From contig CM082576.2 of the NCBI GenBank assembly GCA_040954595.2, forward strand, positions 8,063,129-8,127,128: DNA of 64,000 bases, in the 5' to 3' direction. The notes under the pieces were generated by a model. The model saw only the letters and a program-made list of their open reading frames with translations, was not told the origin of the DNA and ran no database searches. A program made the translations under genes and the position numbers. Position 1 is the stretch's first letter. Each line of letters begins with the position of its first letter. Below, piece by piece: positions 52,187 to 64,000 of this stretch. This DNA comes from Balanoglossus misakiensis. Lineage: Eukaryota > Animalia > Hemichordata.

Positions 52187-55100
52187 TATTACCAATGTCA
52201 GATGGGTGATAGTGTATGTGGCTTTGAAAGTTTTTTTAGAAAAATAAGGAATACACGGCTTCCATACCAATATGTGAAATCGCGCCACGAGAGATAGTAA
52301 ATAGCGCGTACTTTCAAAACCAAGAGAAAGAGTTGCATCTTGGGAAAAGAGTGGCGTTTGCTTCCAGGCGGAATCAGATGCGTCGATATAACGGGTATCA
52401 CGGTGAAGTACTTTTCTTGTCACACCAACTTCTCTTTCGGGAGAAAACAGAAACCCCCCCCCCCCCAATCAACACTAGTGTAATGCCAATCTCTACTTTG
52501 TGTGATTATTTCAATATTTTTCAATCCAGCGCAGAAAAAAATTACTCTGCTCTGATACAAAACATAATTGTATTTTGCCCCAAGGTACACATGCAGCGAC
52601 CTTGACAGTAAGCCAGTTCGACTATTATTTTCCGCGACACTTTTAAAAATTCTTCGGGTCAGAGAGGAATAATCAGTGCCGCTTGAAACGGGCGACCTCG
52701 CAGATAAACACGGCGCAGTGAGAAGAAACATCTTAATTTCGGATAATCGCCACGATGCACAGCGAACCGCATACTCTGGTCTTCACCTTAAGGTGTTCCC
52801 CCGACGGAATATGACAGTTCTGATAAAGTCGGGCGTTTATTATAAGATCGGCGAAGCGCTTCACCTAGACTAATAGCGGAGACAGCGGGTCGTGGCTATA
52901 GGCTAAAGGACGCGGATTTTCGGGTCGATTGTTATCGCGCATCATGTCACATTTAATAGTACCCTAAACTTGCAAAATTTGCCACGAATTCTTCACCTTC
53001 CTGTCATTTGTATTAAAATACGACAGGGCATTATCATTAACCGTCACCGTAGTAGACATCACTGCAACTTCACCTCAGCTATTTGGCGCGTTCATAGGAC
53101 CTGCTGCACGCTACTGGTTTCCAAGCCGGTCTCTATGTCTCTACGTCCGGACGGAGTCGCCTATTACAACACTCGAGACTTATCAAAGTACAGCTTTTAT
53201 TCTTGGCAAACTAATTGACCGAGACACGCTTTTGCTCAAACTTGATTGACGAAAGAAACAGCAAGCCTTTAATTGACTCACAGGTCACGAATCCCCGGTC
53301 AGTGGGGTTATACGTAATAAACATTTATCACATCTGAAAACAATAAAACTTATATGTGGATATAGGCTTGGAATAAGTTTGAAAACGACGCATCCATCAA
53401 GGATAAGCCGCCTTTGTTAGTTCTGTGACTCAATTATGTTTTTTTTTCTTTCGGTTTGAAATGTACTTCATTCAAATAACAGATTATTTTTGGTTGTAAT
53501 ACGTCCGTTCAATAGAACTGGAAATTATCATGTCTGGAAAAATGTTATTACAAAGCGAACGACTGTCCGAGTGTTCGTGAGAGCGCGTAAAAATATTTTT
53601 TTTTCAATTTAAGAAAAGTTATTGCAGTATTGTGCTTTTAATTGATTTCGCGAAAATGCGGAAAATGAGACTGGATTTTTTTCTGCAAAATGTTCGTGTA
53701 AGCCAATTGGCTGGAAACAAGTGCCGACCAAGATTGGAGTGTAACGTTTGTTCTTAAAGATTGTGTCATATTATGTTTTGCGGTCTCTATCCATGTGAAA
53801 AGTTTTTTTACTCACGGAGACTTCCGAACAACGAAGCGGCGATTCTCGTCCGGTCCATTTGTTACTACGCAACCTCGTCCGACCTCACTGCAGCCTCTTT
53901 CGCGCACTCACTGCGACTTAACAAAAAAAAAAAAGACGGAGAATTCTTATGACCTACTAGGGAGAGTTTTAAATAGTTCAACTTTATATGAAGTTATCTC
54001 GAAGTTTAGCAGAATGTATTAAGTATGGGAAAATTTTAACTGGTAATTCGTTTCTTTTCTTTTCCTTGATCCAAACGTTTCCTTGCATGGTCGTTGGAAC
54101 TAATGGTTTGGGCGTGATGTTTTAAAGGGTTGAAAAAGGTTAGGATGAAGGATCGCCGAACAAAGTTTATGTTTTTATTTCAAGGAAGACCACGAGGAAG
54201 AGGCCCCATTTACAGGCTCCATGGTATACAAACTATAAACGAACAATTTTTGACTTAGATTTTTTGATAACTACAGAGTTGGAGTTGGCGGGGCGCCACT
54301 GAGAACCAGACCTTCCGTCACGAGCACTGCATTTTCCGAGAAGTGGAAAAAAAATCAGGAATGACAATTAGGTTGACCAATGGCCGCTTATACCAGCATG
54401 ACTGCGCCGAGGCCAGTTCCCACACCCCGAGAAAATTGCAGAGTTAGGAGTTGCCGAAATTCCTTTTGATATGGAATCTTGAAAATTGAAAGAAAAATGA
54501 CTCGCTTTAAGTCGGTAATTTTCTGCTCAATAGCGGGGATGGCAGTGTACCAGCTCGCCGGGCCCAGATAATTGTTGTCGTTTAATGCCGAAAGTATTAC
54601 GCCTTCGACGTCTCCATCAATGGGGAACAGTTTGTGGCCATTTTAGACCATTCAGAAAAATACATGATCTAACTGTAAAAAAAAAAAAACTTCGCTGCGA
54701 AGTCGATGTCGGAAACCCCTTAATTTACCCCATGCGACGCTCGCTCCATCTAATCTCTGCTGCAAAGCCCGCGGGATAGGCGCTTCGGGTGTCGTATTGT
54801 ACGATTCAGACGCTGGTCACGCTCCCACATGAGTGATTAAGAAAATGATTATGTCTGAATTCACATACAGTCGTCACGCGAAATGACAGAATTTGAAAAA
54901 AATGAAATAAAAACGTTCTGTATACTTTGTTTGTCATAAAGGTGAGCGGGAGAAACGAAACCAGTGCCGAAGGTTTTCTGGGAGAGGAATCGGGGGAATT
55001 TTCATAACCCCCGCAGAAAGGGTGGGAGCTAAAATCGAAACTATTTGGATGATAATTCCGAGTACAAACCAAAGCAAATAAACTGAAACGGCACAATAAT

Positions 55101-55483
55101 GACACGGGATAAAAGGGAACGTTTGCGTTCACTTTTCTGCCTCATTATACTAATTTGGCTCGTCGCCATTTTCTAACGAATGCAGGTCGCCAACAATGCC
55201 TATAGACGGCGGAGTCCATTTTCCCTTTATGAAATATTCTTTGAAATTGTAAAGATAGGTGGTGTGATAATAGGAACATGATTGTTATTGCATTTTGAGG
55301 GCATATTCACTCGATTTAATGTTGAAGATGCACAATTTAGCGGCACTGGAGAAATACAAAGAGTCTCTGTCAATGGAGATGTCGTACCGTCAATGCGAGA
55401 TAGGTACCGGAAAAACGCTGGTCGAGGGGTTTCCACAATGCGATGCATATCGAACGTGTTTCCAGCTTCGTGTACCAGTCGAA

Positions 55484-55830
55484 CTGTCTGTCTGTCTGTC
55501 TGTCTGTCTGTCTGCCCCCTCTCTATTTGCCTGTACCCATTTATAGTTTTCTCCGTGTATTGTCGCGGATGTCTGTATGTCTTTCAGTCCCTTGTCTATA
55601 TCACTTTATATCTGTTTAATTGTCCGTTCGTATGTTTCTGTCTATACTTCTGCACGTTTCTGTCTGTCTGTCTGTCTGTCTGATTCTAGTTCAGTGTGCA
55701 TGTGTGTGTGTGTGCGTGCGTGCGTGCGTGTGTGTGTATGTATGTGAGTGAGTGAGAGAAAGAGTGAGTGAGAGAAAGAGTGAATGAATGAATGAATGAA
55801 TGAATGAATGAATGAATGAATGAATGAATG
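55484..55830. repeat. Cluster of (TCTG)n, (GT/GCGT)n, (GAGT)n and (GAAT)n microsatellites
   Basis: Direct reading; unique sequence lies between the runs. Confidence 0.9.
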
Positions 55831-56413
55831 CAAATAATGGGGCCCTAACATACATGTAAATAGGAAAACAAGGATTCGGGCGAAAGGCCTTTTAAAAAAC
55901 ACTTTCCAAGCGTGCCTCAATTCTTGGCTGGCAGATCATTTTGAGTGGCTTTCCTCTTGCATACGGGTGTAATCTTATAATCAACAAGGTAAAGGAAGCT
56001 AAAATTTATAGGACAGGTTTAAATTGCTCCAAAATGCTCTCCCCAATTTGTTGTGTGTTAATTCCCCCCAGTCATGTAATTGGGAAAAATCTTTTGGCAG
56101 AGTCACGTCGAGGCATATTTATTGTTTGGTCTCCCTGCTGCGGGCCCTGTTTCTGCTAGTCTGCCAGTGTTGTATTTAAATCGATGAAAAGAAGCGTAAT
56201 GACACGTAGAAAGCGTTGTACACCAGCAAACGTAATCGACAACGGGATCGCTCTACTGCTCTGCTGGCGAAGGAAGCTATTCCTCTAAAAGGTAATTGAG
56301 CCCCGATATGGGTGCTTTTTTGGCCACACCCACCTGTCATTCATCCTTACGGTGTAAATAGGACGTATGCTGAAAACACGCATGCGTATTCTTTCCTCAA
56401 TCGGGATGATAGA

Positions 56414-56545
<132 letters not shown>

Positions 56546-59500
56546 TATCACGGCGATTTTTTCGACAACTTCCGCTCACAGGTGTGCATATTATCAGTGA
56601 AACTTCCTTTACCCCCGGAAGTCACTCTTGCATTGTGAGGGTGGTGAATAATGAAACGTCAATGTAGACGGGGATATTTTACGGGAGCACGGTCTTTTGT
56701 GCATTCTGATATTTGATATAATATATCAACCCGCAACATTTCACAAACAGAAAAAAGAGGACACAAGAAATCTAGGAAAGGTAGAATTTAACACTCTGGT
56801 GTTGCTCAGTGCCAGGTCAACAATCTGCGTCCACAATGTCATTGACTAATACTTTTGGTTGGAGACATTAACAGGAGTAAAACGAACCTGTCGGAATGTT
56901 TGCCAGCGGAATTTCTTCGTGTCTGTCACATCAATATTTGTCTCAAGCGTGCCCATAAAAAGTGTAGCGTGTATAAAAGGCCGTCGTAATTACGGAATTC
57001 GAGCAATGTGAACACGGGATTATATATCGTGGTCATATTGTCAGATTATAGTCGTAATTAATGTACTCTACAATATTTAATTTAATTTCCGCTGCTATTA
57101 TTTCGGAATTTTCGAGGTTAATTCGTTCATTACTATACAAAAGAGTAGCCGAGAGATGCATGGATATTTTCAAAGTAATTTGCCGCTCTTTGCATCTTAA
57201 TTAGATTATTGTAGTGAGCACATTGGTTCAATGTCCAGTCTGACAGCGCAGACAGCAAGGAAGCCACGGGCAAGGAAACAATAACTTTGTCCGGCTCCCA
57301 GATAAACCTACCTCGTTTAGTGGCCACAGTCCCTCTTGAGGGACTGTGTGGTTTGGCCCAATTTCCAAAAACGGTACATCTATCGCAACGACTGCGGTAG
57401 CCGTCCACATGCATCTGCATTTGTGGAGGTCCCAAATATTCGAGCAATATTTGTAAAATGTAATAAACTGATTCCGATTTATTCTAACTTCACTCTTGTC
57501 TGCCCATGTCCGAGCGATTTCTGCCTAACCCCTCCACACCCCGCTTCAATCGTCAACTGGCCGGCGCATATCGATGCGTCCCCGAGAAAGGCAGCGTATC
57601 TGCATCGCGCCGTCATTTCAGACAGAACACCGAGGCAGCGCCGTTTCACAATAAGAACGACTGCAATTAACTTCCATCTTGATTTTTTTGTTCCCTTGAA
57701 ATAAAATGTGCTGTTGTTTTATGCCATTCAAACAAGTGTTACCACAAACCCCGTTCTCGTACAATCAGAACTTAACGACTCCTTTTTTGTATTTTCGGGC
57801 CGAAACTAATTCGCATGTGCGTCTCATTCGTAATTCTAGACAAGGGGGAGACATTTTGTAGAAGAAATAGATATAATATTTCAGGCGGGCTTTAATGAAT
57901 CTGGATTTGTACCCGATGCTGCTCGCGAGGGTTTTCCCGGTATGGTCCGGTATTAAGTTACTCTTTTGAGGGCCTAAACTGTCAAACTGCGGCCAGGATA
58001 TATGTATATGATATCCACAGACAGAGATGGTCCGTTTTCCTATCATTACGGGTTCATAGATATTATTAATGTGACTGCCAGTCGTGCAAATGCGATTTTC
58101 CAGAAACCAATTTATAAAAGACTGAAGAGTGGCCAGTGATAGATTGTCAAATAACGATGACGATCACTTAATGATTGCTTTTTTTCTCTCGAAACAGAGA
58201 CGATATTGTGACGTTACTGCAGTTAGAATGCCCCAATAAATATTCCGAATTAAATTAACATTTATAGTCAATGTTCCTGCGCGCAGTGTCTTCGGTTGTT
58301 TTCAAATTATCATTTACATTATTTTGGGAGTTTATTGTTTTGTGAAGTCGTGGTGAACAAAAACTGTCGATCTGCAAACTGAATGTTTTCGGGTTTTTTC
58401 TAAAAGAGACTGTTTATATAGAATATGTTTATTTTTGGTCTTGTTGAGTTGACAGAAAGATCTCTAATAACGATACCAACGCCAAAGGGTTTCCATATTG
58501 AATGCGCATTATCATTTCAATAACCTTCGACGTGTGGACAGCTCGCAATAACACAGCAATGATCATTCCCAATAATCAGCACTAAAGTTTATATATTTTC
58601 TTATTTTTTACGAATTTTTCGCCCGCCTCGCCAACTTTTCGATGAGTTCGCTAGTGCCGCTAACAATATTTCTGCCGTGATCAAAAAGACTTGGAAGCCC
58701 AGCCCTGTCTTTCTGAGCTGCGGGGATAGATGCTTTTGATGAGAAGACTTGACACGTGTCAAATATCCACCTCGTCAGATTCTCCTGAAATTAATTCGGT
58801 GCGATTAGACTGTCTTATCTACAACTTTATCAACTGTATTCAGGGGACCGAATAATGGACGCATTGTGCTCGGCGCATTGTGTTGCGACTGGTGTGTGGA
58901 AGTCGGGGATAGTCGAGAGCCCATACCGGTCACACACGGGCCAAAACAGCGGTATGGTGCCCCCACTCTCCCTCGTCTCCTTGTCGTTGTGACAACCGGC
59001 TCGGCGGACGCGCAAACCCGCGGCGTGTGTGAAGGGAACATGGCGCGCGCTCCCACATCAACACAAACAAACCAACCAGACTACGGCGGTACCAGCAACC
59101 GCGCACACCCATGGGTTTTCACCGTTTGGTATCGTGCAGTTTTGTGGGAACTGTACGTGCTCTCGTTCAGCACATCAGGGAAGGGCTTTTTTGCCTGCGA
59201 CCCACAGAGGCGGTAAAAAAACTGTGCCCCATGCATGTTTCTGGACCCCTCTTCAGTTTCTGAAGTTATTAGCATGTTTTTTTTTCTGTGTTCGGCTTTT
59301 GTTCCACTTATCGCGTTTTTTTCCAGCGAAAATCGATAAGAATTTTCTCAAAGCTCTCTTCTACATTTTCCAGTTTTCATTTCGGAAACACTAATCAAAT
59401 CATAAACCACTTTCTTTCCGCATACACAGTGGGAACGATATAATTTTTGAACAGTGATGTAAAAATACAGGTATCCGGCAGCTGGGAAGGGTTATTTTAT

Positions 59501-62370
59501 TCGTCCATTGTAACTTGATGGTATATATATGCGTCGACGATGTCGGGTCGATTTTCACCCCTGAACAAGCCGTTTCGCCGTCTCTGGAAACTGCTAAATT
59601 TATTCTTGAATGTAAATATCCCCCTATATACCTCAATATACCTCTGTTGATGGACTTCTTGCGGAGAATCCTTGTGAAGATTGACCGAAGTAGGCCTACT
59701 AGTGCGTTGTTCTTACCAGGAGCGCTGTCATTCACGATTCCGCCTTTGCATCTGTTTACACAATTTGGGTTTTTGTTTTGACAACTGTTGGGTGAAAACA
59801 CTGTGGCTTCGATGACAGGTGTTTGTACACACCAGAAAATATGACACAGTCAACTAAAAATGTATGGAATTTGCGGCATTCTATATCGACGTGGGTTGCA
59901 TCGATTTCCTATTTTCTCCCATACATTGAAGCACGCATTTATTTTTCTTCTTCTTCCAAAGAACAAAATTAAGCCCCCACAAATCAAAATCCAAAATCGT
60001 TGCGTCTATCTTCCTTAATTACTAGTTGTAATGCCATTCGAATGTTTACGCATCGGAGGATACGAATAAGGCGCAGGGCGGAGCCACCTATAGTGCTGGG
60101 TATGACGTCACAAAATCTTTAAAAGCTTTAGTTTGTTATGGGATTTCTGATAGTCTTATATCATTTTGCAGCACTACAGAAAGAATGGTAAACAGACAAC
60201 TTTTTTCTCCCGTTAAGTTATTCCCCCGCCAGACATCCGATATCAGCTTGGTTAGTGGACGATATTTAAAAAAAAAACAATAATCCGAAAGTGTACCCGT
60301 TCATTTGTTTTTGGTTTTTGCACGTTCAAATACTGCTGAGTCATCCATGGTAGAATGCGATTATGGGGTGTGGGATGAACTGACTTTTTCCGAAGCCCAG
60401 AAATACATTAAACGGTAAGATACGTAAAACATATGTGAATTACACAAACTTCAAAATAAATTATAAAATGTATGTTGACACATACATATCATGTGTGAGC
60501 AAGTCGAAATGGTTATAATATGCAATTTACGCCGAACATAATTGGCAAAACACAAAATAGACCGCGCGATAGTAAATCTTCTACGGCTCATTCTGGCGCA
60601 TGACAATTTGCCATATCATAACGAGAGTTGCATGAACCTGAATAAAATAAAACGTTCGTTTTCGCTTTTTGAATTTAGATTAACTCAATAAAATACTAGT
60701 AGTCTCGTCATAATTCATGTCCCCATTTACAGATAATCATTCACGTAGGAAGAAAGTGAATAAATTTCAAGTAAATAAAATCAAACACGTAGGCTTGCAT
60801 TTAGTTGGTAAATGCTCGCAACCACTTGTTGCGTCACGGGCTGACTGAACTGGTGTTCGGGTATGAAATCAATAGCTTTAAGACCTTCAACAGAAAAAGG
60901 GTGTTTGTCTTTCATAGCCATAAAACCAAGATACTTTTTTTTACTATTTCATATTGAGGTGGCAATTATCTTGGTCCGGTCGCTGGAGTGGCAGACTTGG
61001 GCCGCCGCGCGCAAACGTAACGCGCCCAACCCGTGATTTCCTTCCGCCCACAAGTATCTGATAATGATTCCCGCTCCTCTCTGACCTTGACGTTTTATTT
61101 TGACGCGAGTTACTTTGTTTTCTCAGTGAATGTTATTTTTTTTTTCTTCCCAGCTTACTGGTTCGCCAGCTCTCCACAATTGCCCTAATCACAACTACTG
61201 CAATTAGCCCGACAGCGGTTCATTAAAAGGGGGAGAAACACGAGCGATTCCCGGCCCCGACGTTGTCTCTTCCTCCCCGTGATCAATCCAGCGGGTTTCA
61301 CTCGAACAGCCCCCCCCCGCCCCCCACAACCTCCAAAAAATATTCACAGAGCCGTTAAATGATAACAACGATCAGCATATTAAAGCCATTATCCGCCAGT
61401 CTTACCCTCGCCCCATAATAATTGAAGTCAACGGTATTTAATTTTAATTTGCTCACTGTCTGGAGATTTCGACGCACGATAAGCCCCATTTCACACTAAT
61501 GACTCTTCTCTTCAAGCTAAAGTACAATTATTTCTCCTCCGACAAAAATTTGATGTCATGTTTTTTTGTGTGTGTAGTACGTGTCACTCAATAACTTTAA
61601 TTAGTGGAAACTGACATGGGGGACTGGCCGGCGAGAAACCGACACCCGCGCGGAGAGAGCCCGCTTACGGTGCTAAACAATTCATTCTGCAGTAATCAAA
61701 TTCATCAAAAAAAACTGTGTGGTTAATTACCCAGGAAATGCGACTCTTAAAAGATAATTACGCTCACACGTGTAATGTATCAATTACGCCAGTCGTAGCC
61801 CTTTATCCAATTGTCTTAGCGGAGTCTATTTAAAACGTATTTTTCAAAATTATTCTGGACGTGCTCAATGCAAAAATTTGACCCCGCAGGAGTAATTAAC
61901 ATAATATCTGCTCGAACCCCAGCTCTGTTTGGCCACAGCGTTTAATTTTATTTCATTATGATGCCCATAAAACTGTTGTCTCTTTCATCAGTTTCCAGAC
62001 GGCCTTTGTCGCTATCCGACATGATTGTCCGTGATCATTTGCCAAGATTGGTAATCAGGTGTCTATTATTTTGAAATAACATCGACACGCTATTTACACT
62101 CACACATTTGCAACTTAGCTCCACTGGCGTGCATATTATGTTAAACGTCGACATGGGCACAGTAAACAAATACTTAATGTAAAATCAATTTGCATTTGGA
62201 CGTGGGTATCTTTCAATTGCAGAGAATAGCGAAACCATAATTTTTAAATGTTTATTCGTCATTCAGTCGATTTTGTTTTGGAGACGTCTTCAAGTGTGGC
62301 ATGTTTTGCCTCTCATCACAAGATGGGTCGGGTCGTCGGACAAAAAACTGGGAATAGTGCGAAAACGTCG

Positions 62371-62518
<148 letters not shown>

Positions 62519-64000
62519 AAAACTACACTGGCTTCAAGTTTTACTTAAAAATGGGATCGATTTCCCCCTCCGTGATCAACATAATTACTTCATTCTTTGC
62601 AAAATATGGAAAAGTTCAGTCCCCACGAACGTTGTGCATTTCGTCAAAGCTGTTTTTTTCCTTCAATTTGGCGAGATTGTTCTTAAACAACACCGTAGTG
62701 GGGTGTCCCGTGGCGATTACGGGCCCGGAGTTTTTGGACCCTTTCGCAGCAGGGTCACCAACCCGTACCGAAGCGGATTAGTCCCATTAACCCCTTCACT
62801 GTTCGCCGGTCTTTGAGGGAACCTTTTCAAAGAACTCCTTACACTCCTAAGACCCCACTTGAGCGTTGCTTCACAAGACAGCACCAAAAGACCTTCAACT
62901 TGGCGCTTCAATGCCAAGTGGGCCCGGAACAAAAGTCTGCGTGGTAGACATAACCGGATTCAGTTTACGTGAAGGTGCTTCCTTAATGCAATAAAATTAA
63001 ACTGCTGTCCTCGTTTCTTGGCGATATCGCGTGGAAAGGATTAGTTTCGTTCATGGCCGTGGACGTGTAACCCTCGAACACTGGGACACACACTTGAAAA
63101 ATTATGATGTTCTACTTGAGGGAGCTGCGACAGGTGCATGTGGTCTTAGCGAAGTGCATGCCTGACCAGGGCACGTCCGGCCTGCCTCCCCTCAGAAAAA
63201 AAATCTAGAAAATTGGCGGATGGGTTTCGTTAATTGCCGGCGTTAAACGGGAAATTAAGATCTTTCTTCTGTTTCAACTAAAAGCTGACGCGGAACGAGA
63301 GAAAAGTCACACCTGCCCGCAGGTCTGAATGGGGAAGGGATCGCAAAAGTCACGGCTAGGGCTATTGTTGAAATGAACACCGATGCAAAGGGCGGATAAA
63401 AAAAAAACGAAAAGCGACTTACGGAGGAGCCAGATAGTCTGTGGGCCCCAACAATATTGAAAAGGAAAGTCGCTCAGTTTGAGATGGCTCGCCCCTTTCA
63501 GAATGCATAGGCTGGATTACTCGGAACCCCTGCCAGGTTTACATTGGTGGTGGATGCGGATTAATTCCTTGAAGACGACCCCTGCAGTCAGTGTGAAATA
63601 TTTGAGTTTTTTTCTGCTCGTCCTTTTGTTTCTCCCCACGCTGCCCATTGTGTTCTGAGGAACCCTTAATTATCGAACTTTGTTGCAAGAATTAAAGAAC
63701 GCGTAATCCCCTTGTTGGGTTGAATAATCTTGTTTTGACGATCATCGTCGTCATTAACGGACCATATACCGGGCCTGGATTCGCACAGGTGGATGAGATC
63801 ATGGGCCCCGATAGGGCAGAAGTAACACGTCGTAGTCACACCCTTGAAGAAGAAGAAAACGAGATATTTTTGTGCTGGGAACATTTAAAGACGAAGGCAT
63901 ATATATTCTTGGTGTGAGAAATGCTAAAACTGGGAGAGTTTGTTTTTTTCCTTGTCTGTTTTGATTGCTGGGTTTGGAGGCATGCCCGCGGGGCCGGTTC

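Overview
Animal (metazoan) genomic DNA that is almost entirely non-coding and rich in microsatellites. The only protein-coding gene I can support is an intronless FoxG (FOXG1/BF-1 orthologue, 416 aa, minus strand, 22190-23440). It has a TATA/CCAAT core promoter, a strong Kozak context and a candidate poly(A) signal. About 22 kb downstream and 40 kb upstream of it contain no other recognisable gene. The protein and the abundant CpG suggest an invertebrate deuterostome, possibly a hemichordate; this is an inference. Other structure read directly from the sequence: (1) a young 460-bp fold-back non-autonomous DNA transposon with 153-bp TIRs, TAG..CTA ends and a 9-bp TSD; (2) a 20-bp perfect palindrome CAT..ATG flanked by a 7-bp duplication, resembling a transposon excision footprint; (3) a diverged ~210-bp tandem duplication carrying RFX X-boxes; (4) several near-perfect RFX X-boxes upstream of FoxG; (5) many simple repeats. 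The other ORFs in the track look spurious. I found no RNA genes, no CRISPR and no clearly new multi-gene system. The best leads are regulatory or mobile-element hypotheses.
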